A DNA stretch of 64,000 nt from Octopus vulgaris (Eukaryota). The stretch spans positions 97,588,001 to 97,652,000 of the forward strand of contig OX597820.1 of NCBI GenBank assembly GCA_951406725.2, given 5' to 3'. The position numbers and the translations under genes were made by a program. Shown here one piece after another: positions 55,379-64,000 of the stretch. Numbering within the stretch: position 1 is the first letter of the stretch; each line of letters begins with the position of its first letter. The notes beneath the pieces are model-generated. The model saw nothing but the letters and a program-made list of their open reading frames with translations. It was not told where the DNA came from and made no database searches.

Positions 55379-55985
55379 TTCGTCCATTACCTTTTCTGGT
55401 GTATGTTGGCACCAAACACTCGTTGCCTCGTGTCCATGGTAACCGGCATGGTAACCAGTGAAGGTTTTGCGCTACCTTGTCGTGTCTGCGCTTGTACACT
55501 TTCTGAGTTAGACCTTCACAAGCACTAACAATGCGACTAACAAAGCCCTCTTCTCACACATTCTATAGAGGTTCGTTGCACTTGTGTGGTATATATTTCT
55601 TTTCAATGCCTGGGCAGCGATGGTTATACTTTCATTCTTCTTTTTTAGGTCACCATTGCTGAGCCACCACCATGGTGCTTCCTAATCTTTTAAGTTGCTA
55701 GTTTCACGGTGGAACTCACCATGTAATTCCATACGGAGTAGAGTTTCTCCTTTCTTGTTGACTATTCGTGATCGGAATTGATTAGCACTTTCAAGTCCAT
55801 TTTTGATAAATCTTTCTGCATTAGTAACATACTGAAAGCAGGTCTTGTTTGCTTTTTACCAAAATTTCTATTGTTTCTTCTTTCACTGTTGATGCACTCC
55901 TGCACGCAAATCAGCCTACGTCCACCTTTACTCCTTTTCATGGAGAGACTGTGTAGTTCACCTTACAGTTCTCATTCTTAAGGTA
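55379..55985 (-). mobile_element. R4/Dong-like LINE fragment, same family as 4933-5660
   Basis: YKRRHDKVAQNLHWL; the nucleotide stretch CATGGTGGTGGCTCAGCAA..GGTGACCTAAAAAAGAAGAATGAAA is shared; GGRRLICVQEC lies upstream. Confidence 0.85.
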
Positions 55986-56035
55986 TTTTTCGATTTTATT
56001 CTCCTCCTCCTTCTCCTCCTCCTCCCCTTCTTCTT

Positions 56036-56129
<94 letters not shown>

Positions 56130-56183
56130 TCACTGTCAGGAATCGAACTAACCTCAAGATTCGGAGTTCGATTCCAGGAGTGA

Positions 56184-56237
<54 letters not shown>

Positions 56238-56289
56238 TAACATCGAAAAATACCTTAGGAATGAGGATCCAGGTTCGAAATTTCCCCAA

Positions 56290-56335
56290 AACACCTGATG
56301 AAGGCTGGAGGGTATATCAGCTGAAACGTTGTGTT
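56290..56335 (+). ncRNA. Minimal type I hammerhead ribozyme motif
   Basis: AACAC-CTGATGA-A-GGCTG-(10 nt)-CAGCT-GAAA-CG-TT-GTGTT: 5-bp stem I, 5-bp stem II and palindromic AACGTT stem III. Confidence 0.8.
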
Positions 56336-56401
56336 GACAACAAAGAAGACGAGGACAAATATCCGTCAAATGTAAATAATATAAATAATGTAAATAATAT
56401 A

Positions 56402-56929
56402 ATAAAGATTCTTTGGGACTTTCCAGAATGTACAGACCGGACCATCAAAGCAAATAAACCAGCTATTGTTGTGAAAAGTCTGTTTACTGGTTGACATGAG
56501 CATAGCCAGTGACCATAATATCTCGGCAAAAGAATTTGATAAGCTCAGAAAATACAAAGATTTGCTAATGGAAATTGAAAAAACGTGGCATCGCAAGATG
56601 GTAGGAGCACTTGGAATGATGAAAAATGGAATGATCCCTGGCTTACCACCCATGCAGGAAGTGCAAAAGACTGTCTTAACTGGTACGTCACACGTACTTA
56701 GAAGAGCATTGTCGCTGTGAATTTTCTTTCCTTTTCCCTAATATTTTTTCACCATTTCCTTTTTCTCTCTGTCTTTCTTCCCCTTTTTCTCTATCACATG
56801 ACTTTGTAATTGAACAATCTGGTGTGTATATTTTAATGGCCTACCAATATATACAGTGCGTGTCTCTGCCCTTGGTGTCAGGAAGACACTCGGCAAGAGA
56901 TGGAAACAGAATTGAAAATTGAAAATGAA

Positions 56930-56932
<3 letters not shown>
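56402..56932 (+). mobile_element. 3' end of a second R4/Dong-like LINE family ending at (TAA)n
   Basis: ILWDFP..TDRTIKANKP, VDMSIASD, KYKDL..EIEKTW, VGALG, QKTVLTGTSHVLRRALSL*; 3' UTR, then (TAA)n from 56930, consistent with the TAA-repeat target of Dong elements. Confidence 0.88.
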
Positions 56933-56984
<52 letters not shown>

Positions 56985-57064
56985 TTATAATTATAATAAT
57001 AATTGCCAAGGTCGATTATGGAAAGCGGATGTTACGTAATGAAATATTGTACTTAAGTGAGTAA

Positions 57065-57270
57065 AATTTCGACACAAGGCCAGCAATTTCGGGAGAGGTG
57101 GTAAGTCAATTGCATCGACTCCAGTGCCCAGCTGGTACTTATTTTATCGACCCCGAGAGGACGAAAGGCAAAGATGACCTCGGCGGAATTTGAACTCAGA
57201 ACGTAAAGAGTAGGATGAAATGGTGCTAAGAATTTTGTCCGATGCGCTAACGATTCTGCTTGTTCGTCTA
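57065..57270 (-). mobile_element. SINE family 2, tail B
   Basis: Core and tail homology. Confidence 0.8.
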
Positions 57271-57311
57271 ACAATAATGATAATAATTTAATAAAGATGA
57301 TAGTCGATGAC

Positions 57312-57361
<50 letters not shown>

Positions 57362-57849
57362 CGATGACGATGATGATGATAGTGAGGATGATGGTGATGA
57401 TAGGAATAATGAGGAAAATGATCACGATAAGAATATTGATAATTATAATTATCATAATTGTAAATATAATTACCAAGGTCGATTATAGAAAGCGGATGTC
57501 ACGCGATGAAATATTGCACTTTAGTGAGTAAAATTTAGTTGAATTGTTTCATAGCAATGAAAGAAACTTTAATTCAGGAAAACTAAGATCAGACAAAAAG
57601 CCTTGGTTGTTTGGTTAAAAGGTTTCGTAATCTACAAGGAATATCATGATGAAGCCTACGATTTCGATTTGTGACAGCAAGCAAGAGATTGTTTGCGGGG
57701 ATTAGTAAAGGATTTAGAGGCGTTCGTGATAAGTGGGTGGTTACAACAAATCATTTCACAACCAGGTAGTTCCTGGTTCGTTCTCAATGGGGAAATTTGG
57801 TAAAATGTCTTCAAACATTTCTAAGTGTGAACAATGCAGAAACTTTCTC

Positions 57850-58280
57850 AGTCACATGGTTCGGGTTTCAGTTCCACTGCGTGGTACATTGGGCAAATGT
57901 CTTCTACTATAGTCTCGGGCCAACCAAAGCCTTGTGAGTGAATTTGGTGGAAACTGATAGAATCCCACTGTATATTTATATATATGAATGTGTGTGTGTG
58001 TGTGAGTGTATGTGCGTATATGTGCGCGTGTGTGTGTATCCATGCGTGTAGTATGTATGTGTATACGTGTTTATCTTTGTGTTTGTTCCTCGACTCACCG
58101 ATAGACAACCGGTGGTGGTGTACTTACATCCCAGTAACTTAGCGGTTCGGAAAAGACCCCAATATAATAAGCAGCAGGCTTTAAAAAATAAGTACTGGGG
58201 TCGATACATTCAACTTCAAATTTTTCAAGGCGGTGCCCCAGCATGACCGCAGTCTAATAACTGAAACAAGTAAAAGATAA
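57850..58280 (+). mobile_element. SINE family 1, diverged
   Basis: Body, internal microsatellite and tail ...CTGAAACAAGTAAAAGA. Confidence 0.85.
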
Positions 58281-58337
58281 ACGATAAATGACGCATACAT
58301 ATGAATATACATATCTGTGTATACGTATGTATATATG

Positions 58338-58411
<74 letters not shown>

Positions 58412-58561
58412 AATTAAGGACTGAACACGAAATGTGGACAGTCAACATGCTAGATATAGACGTCAAATCGCCATTCTCCACAAAAGATTATGTTCTCAGA
58501 TCAAACTCAGCACAAAACCAAAGCAATAAACAAGTGAAAATATACGAAATAAAATAATTAC

Positions 58562-58625
58562 CCATGTACTGATCAGTTTCGGCTATTATTATCCGCAAGG
58601 ATAACTGCAGCATTCATCAGCATGG
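58562..58625 (-). ncRNA. Type I hammerhead ribozyme (left arm)
   Basis: Exact reverse complement of 58825-58888. Confidence 0.82.
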
Positions 58626-58824
58626 TCCGTTATAAATGCAATTTGCTGGACTAGATGCAAAAACGATACCGAAGTATCGCGTGCATGGAGTTCAGCCTAT
58701 TACATTCGAATGTATCTTTCAAATGCCTTTACTTTGGCGCGTTGAGACCCGAGAAAACCAGCCTGCAGCTAATAATTAGCAGCAGTCAATTTATCGGTTA
58801 GAGAACATATTTATTTATAACGGA

Positions 58825-58888
58825 CCATGCTGATGAATGCTGCAGTTATCCTTGCGGATAATAATAGCCGAAACTGATCAGTACATGG
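58825..58888 (+). ncRNA. Type I hammerhead ribozyme (right arm)
   Basis: CCATG-CTGATGA-[AT-GCT..TTATCC-TTGC-GGATAA..AGC-C]-GAAA-CTGATCAG-TA-CATGG; GUA cleavage triplet and palindromic ACTGATCAGT stem III. Confidence 0.85.
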
Positions 58889-59125
58889 GTAATTATTTTA
58901 TTTCATATATTTTCACTTGTTTATTGCTTTGGTTTTGTGCTGAGTTTGATCTGAGAACATAATCTTTTGTGGAGAATGGCGATTTGACGTCTATATCTAG
59001 CATGTTGACTGTCCACTTTTCGTGTTCAGTCCTTAATTGGTATATATAAATATTTTAATCTTCGGATTCTTTTTTAATATGCTAGACCACTGGTTTTAAT
59101 TGATAAATATCAATTTCTACCCTTA

Positions 59126-59179
<54 letters not shown>

Positions 59180-59476
59180 AATTAAATTAAAGATAAAACC
59201 ACTATTAGGCAAATCAAACAGTGAAAAACATAAACCAAAACATAGAAATAAAAATAATTAATATAATATACAAAATATACAAAATATGAAATTTAAAATT
59301 TAAATTATTTAAATTTAAAGTTAAAAATTTAAAATTATTAATTTATTTTTATAAATTTTTATATATATATATATAGTTTTCATTTTTATTTTTTATTTAT
59401 TTATTTATATAATAATTTTTTAAAATAAATATATATAACTATCAAAAAGTATTAAAAGTTTAATATAAGATAAAAA

Positions 59477-59517
<41 letters not shown>

Positions 59518-59677
59518 TAAAAATAATTATAAGAGTTTCACGTTTTGCCACAAGGGCAGACATTTGGGAGGAAGGGATAAGTTGATTTCATCGACCCCAG
59601 TGTTCAACGAGTACTTATTTTATCGACTCCGAAAGGATCGAAGGCAAAGTTGACCTCAGCGGAATGAAAATAGTAAT

Positions 59678-59709
<32 letters not shown>

Positions 59710-59734
59710 CGACGACGACAACAACAACAACAAC

Positions 59735-59772
<38 letters not shown>

Positions 59773-60374
59773 TAATAATAATAATAATAATAATCAGAAA
59801 ACTTTTATGGTGGAAAGAGGATGTCATATGATAAAATATGTCACCTTCGGAAAGTGGAACTTAGCAAAATTGTTGGCTATATAGTAATGTAAAAATATTT
59901 TTTACAGGAAAACTAAGATGAAACGAATAGCTTCGTTTGTTGGGTTAAAAGGTTTCCTAATCTGGAAGGAAAGCCATAATGAACCTAAGAAACTTGAGTA
60001 CTAGCTGAGGTGATGATGGTAGATTGGTGTATTATGTGGTATTAACGTAAAAAGATGTTGGCCTTGGTGGTGAGTGGTTGATGTGGTAGGGAATATTGGT
60101 GAATTTTAGAGAATTATTTGCGTTTTAGGTGATAGTGGTTACAGAATTTGATATTAAGAGGAGAGACCTGTCATGGTAGTCGTGATGTTACCGGTGGCGA
60201 TGATAATGATCGTCGTCGTCATCATCATCATCATCATCATCATCGTCATCGTCATCGTCATCATTGTCGTCTTCAATTCTTTAGGCAGGAAGTAATGTTA
60301 GAGTGTTCACTTGATCCACCTCACTCAACTTCGGTGCCCAACACTCACGAACTATTTCCTTCCACGTCAGATAG

Positions 60375-60437
<63 letters not shown>

Positions 60438-61039
60438 ACATTCATGTTTTTAGTTTATCCTGAGCTTTCAGGATTATTTTCAGCTAGATGTTATCCAGTG
60501 CATTTTTCTGGAACATCTTTATGGTCGTATACATGTAAATAGTTTTGTGTGTTCACTTGAATGATCCATTCAACAACCCATATGGTTGTTACACCGTATG
60601 GCTTGCATAATTGCTGTTTTTAGAATTATTCGGAAATACTCACTTATCAAAAGCAAATCCGTCGAGTGTGATCATTTTGAGAACAATTGGTATCGTTTAG
60701 ATCCATACTGATTCTGACTGGGCAAGAATATGTTCGAAAATATTCCAGCTACGATCAACCCGACATAATTTCAAGTATAGTCTACTTAGGACGCCATAAA
60801 CCAATGTGTATGTGTTAAAGACTGTTGGATATTTGGCTGCTTTTTCTAGCAGTTGTTGAGTCGGCACTGAGGCTCCCACGTTGAAATTGGATGGTTAGTC
60901 TTCTGCTGTCCTGCTTGCAGTGAGTGGCAAAACAGTAGGGCTCTTGTCTAATATCTTTGTCCTACAACGTTCATTTCTTTCCAAAGTTCAAATCCCACCT
61001 AGATCAAATTTATGTTATCTTTTGATAGTCTGAAACAAT

Positions 61040-61302
61040 GTGATCACGTGACCGATCAGACTATCAGAACTTGTTACACATCGCTGGTCACAATGCGCTT
61101 TGCATCGTTTTAGCCTTCGAATGACGCTACTCCGCTGGTTAGGCGAGCATGCCAACATTTCGATCAACCCCACTGATCAAAAGGGGGACTGTAGCAACGT
61201 AAAATGAAGTGTTCTGCTAGAAAACAACGCACCGCCTGGAATCGAACCCACGATCTAACGATGGTGAGTACAACAGCCTAACCACTAGGCCACATGCCTT
61301 CA
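61040..61302 (-). mobile_element. SINE with the same tail as 12986-13268 but a different, diverged head
   Basis: GATCACGTGACCGA..CAGA...ACACATCGCTGGTCACAATGCG is the reverse complement of 13200-13265. Confidence 0.8.
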
Positions 61303-62039
61303 TATAAAACAATATATCAGTAAAAAATTTAGGCTAATCTACTCAAACTATATGTTTCTCTCAAATCAGTACTTATGTGCCTATTTCAGCAAAAATTATA
61401 ACAATTGTTATTTGTGTGGTCCTTCGCCGTTAGCGAGCTAGGGATTATCTTTGGTCTATTTTTTATTTACTGAATGAGATACAAATATATGAAAACTGAT
61501 GCAGAATATGAGATAAGCTCTTTGAGAGCAGGAACACCAGTAATATTCTCAGTGAATTCGATCTACTCCTATCTTAGTAAACAATGATTCTGTTTACGTT
61601 TTTGGATTTGGTTTGCAAGATTCTTTATATGAGTTCGTGTATTGAAGCATATTTTACCGGTGAGTGTGTTAAAATATAAGACACAAAAAGAAAATGACTC
61701 TCCCCAGACACAACAGAATGAGTCTGTTGTTCCTCTTCTCACGAGACTTTTAATTTCATAGAAAAGAATAGAAGTTTAATTGGTTGAAAGGACAGGACAA
61801 GGAGTAACAAGAGAAGAGTTTGTTTCTTTCGTTCCGATCTCATGGCATCCACGCTTGAATGACTTTTATCTACGTCTTGTTTTTAACTTCCATCGCTGTC
61901 CACTTGATTTTTCATCATATTTCCTATGTCATGTAAAACAAGTAAAAAATAGCTTATTCTTGGGCCATTACTTGCCAACTACTAAAATCATACTCATAGC
62001 TATTTATGTAACATGTTTAATACATATACACCGTTGGCT

Positions 62040-62640
62040 GGTAACTTACAACGGGTTACGTACTTAGTTGTTGAATGAAACGCCTCGCAGAGCGACTGGA
62101 AAAGTTGATAATTTGAAGGCGCTACATCAAAAGAATACAGTGTGGGAGGTAGAACTTCCCAATCGAGTTCTTGAATAGCATTTTAGGCCATATTAGAGAA
62201 GTGGAGGATGTGTTTGTTGTAGAAGCATGCTTTGTTGCTGGATGTATCGTTCAGATGGATTACCACGTTGCGTCAGTGCATTTGCTGACCGTAAAGTTTT
62301 ACACTGGTTGTTTTCAAGTATTTCGTAGCAGTTGATCCTTTCCTAATCCCACCAAGTGCCGATCATTGTTTCGTGTGGATGCAACTCTTAGTTGGCTCGA
62401 GGTGTTGTTTATTTGTCGGGTTTCAGCCATTCTTTCCTCTACTTCATATCGATGTAAAGACACCAGTATTCTTCACTGGTGACGATGCGGAAAATAATAT
62501 TTTTGTAGCGCTATTCTTCCTCTGCAACTTTTATTTATGGTTTTCGAAATTTGAAAATGTCAGACATATGATGATGGAGCACTAATCAACATTTTTGACA
62601 CCTGCTTTTCTTCGCTTTCCGTCAAGGTTCCGAAACTAGA
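62040..62640 (-). mobile_element. Decayed mariner transposase fragment
   Basis: Minus strand RIVTSEE.WCLYID, EWLKP, ELHPHETM..WW, LDWEVLP, YSFDVAPSNYQLFQSL. Confidence 0.8.
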
Positions 62641-62649
62641 AGAACCGCT

Positions 62650-63125
62650 TTGGAACCTTGACTGTGTACCACCGTACGCAACACAAATATCTTTGTGCTG
62701 TGTACAGAGGAGGCGTTATTACTGAAACAGCTGCACAGAAACGGCTTTCATGATTCAAGGAGCGGAAATTTAACCTCATCCACGCTCCGCATTCCGGTCG
62801 ACTTGTCCCTCACCCTCCCTACAATCTCTGTCAAGAGGCTGCTTCCCAGGATGCTCATCCCTGATCACCTTGGAAATAAACTTTGCACAAATGTTGCTCA
62901 TGTTCAGATCTTCATGAATAATTCTGTGTTCAGTTGCCGCACCAACTCCGAACAGTATAGTTGTTGTCTTGATAGGCATACGACGGTCTTCATCAAGAAA
63001 ATGGCGAATTTTCTCAATTATCTTTGTCGTTCTGATATGTCTCTCCTTCTCAAAACTTTCACCATCTCTCACTTCTCCTCTACTGTCCTTCAGCCTCTTG
63101 CGTCAGCGGAAAGGCTAATCCATTA
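62650..63125 (-). mobile_element. Second mariner-family fragment (HTH region)
   Basis: IEKIRHFLDEDRRMPIKT...GVG..T.HRIIHEDLNMSNICAKFISKVI (degenerate WVP region). Confidence 0.78.
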
Positions 63126-63436
63126 GTTGTTGCTGTTTGTGACCTTCTCGAGCCATACCTGGCTCATAAGGGCCGGTTTCCCGGTTTCATTGGCGTATAG
63201 GTTCCCACCTGGACGGGGCGTCGGTCTGTCACACGTTGAGCTGCTAGATACAAGAGTAAAGATTGAGAGAATGTTGTAGCGAAAGAGTCAGCAGAAGTTC
63301 GCCATTACCTTCCGTCGGAGCCGCGTAGAGCTTAAGTGTTTCGCTTATAAACACACACATTGCCCGGTTTGAGACTCGAACTCGCGATCCGCGACCGGGA
63401 ATCCGCTACTCTAACCACTTGGCCACGTGCCTCCAC
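63126..63436 (-). mobile_element. SINE family 3 with a third tail type
   Basis: Head GGAGGCACGTGGCCAAGTGGTTAGAG...GAGTTCGAGTCTC; tail contains CCGGGAAACCGGCCCTTATGAGCC. Confidence 0.82.
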
Positions 63437-63535
63437 TAATCGATAAGTAGTCTGGAATATTTCATAAATTTCTATAGCGGTTTTTTTCCCATTTAATAAA
63501 AAAAAAACTTGGCAGGTCAGTGTATTAGACGTATA

Positions 63536-63767
63536 TATTTCTTTGCTACCCACAAGGGGCTAAACGCAGAGGGGACAAACAAGGACAGACAAACGGATTA
63601 AGTCGATTACATCGACCCCAGTGCGTAACTGGTACTTAATCTATCGACTCCGAAAGGATGAAAAGCAAAGTCGATCTCGGCGGAATTTGAACTCAGAACG
63701 TAACGGCAGACGAAATACGGCTACGCTTTTCGCCCGGCGTGCTAACCTTTCTGCCAGCTCGCCACCT
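63536..63767 (-). mobile_element. SINE family 2, tail A, 19-bp TSD
   Basis: TCAGTGTATTAGACGTATA at 63517-63535 and 63768-63786. Confidence 0.93.
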
Positions 63768-63799
63768 TCAGTGTATTAGACGTATAGTAAAGATATACT

Positions 63800-64000
63800 G
63801 GAGGCGCAATGGGCCAATGGTTAGGGCAGCGGACTCGCGGTTTCAATTCCCAGAACGGGCGTTGTGTGTGCTTATTGAGCGAAAACACCTAAAGGCTCCA
63901 CGAGCCTCCGGCAGGGAGTGGTAGCGACCCCTGTTGTACTCTTTCACCGCAACTTTCTCTCACTTTCTCTTCCTGTTTCTTGAGTAACGCTGCGATGGAC
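63800..64000 (+). mobile_element. SINE family 3, runs off the window
   Basis: GGAGGCGCAATGGGCCAATGGTTAGGGCAGCGGACTCGCGG head. Confidence 0.9.

Larger units (their letters stand above)
58403..59133. mobile_element. Penelope-like inverted pLTR pair (~235-bp arms, ~175-bp spacer) inserted in (TA)n
   Basis: 58403-58637 is the reverse complement of 58813-59047 with two mismatches seen; each arm carries a hammerhead. Confidence 0.85.

Noticed and set aside
59135-59530. Extremely AT-rich low-complexity tract
   Set aside because: It is consistent with decayed (TA)n and poly-A/T, with no specific structure.

Overview
This is AT-rich eukaryotic DNA dominated by repeats. The SINE families and the extreme load of (TA)n/(CA)n/(TATC)n/(TAA)n microsatellites suggest an octopus (cephalopod) genome; this is an inference and no database was searched. 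No intact host protein-coding gene is recognisable. Almost all listed ORFs are translations of microsatellites or SINEs, and the only real protein signals are decayed transposon fragments (RTE, R4/Dong-type RLE and CR1-like LINEs, a Penelope GIY-YIG C-terminus, mariner transposases). At least four tRNA-headed SINE families, a mariner-type MITE and a non-autonomous Helitron are present. Two patterns stand out. (1) About a dozen short elements embedded in microsatellites carry minimal type I hammerhead-ribozyme motifs (CUGANGA..GAAA..UH and variants), often as fold-back inverted duplications typical of Penelope-like pLTRs; one also has a tRNA-like B-box head. (2) A young SINE subfamily sits repeatedly inside older relatives at one fixed nucleotide (GAAATA|GGTATTT), building 184-bp-period arrays. 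Coordinates were read by eye and may be off by a few bases.
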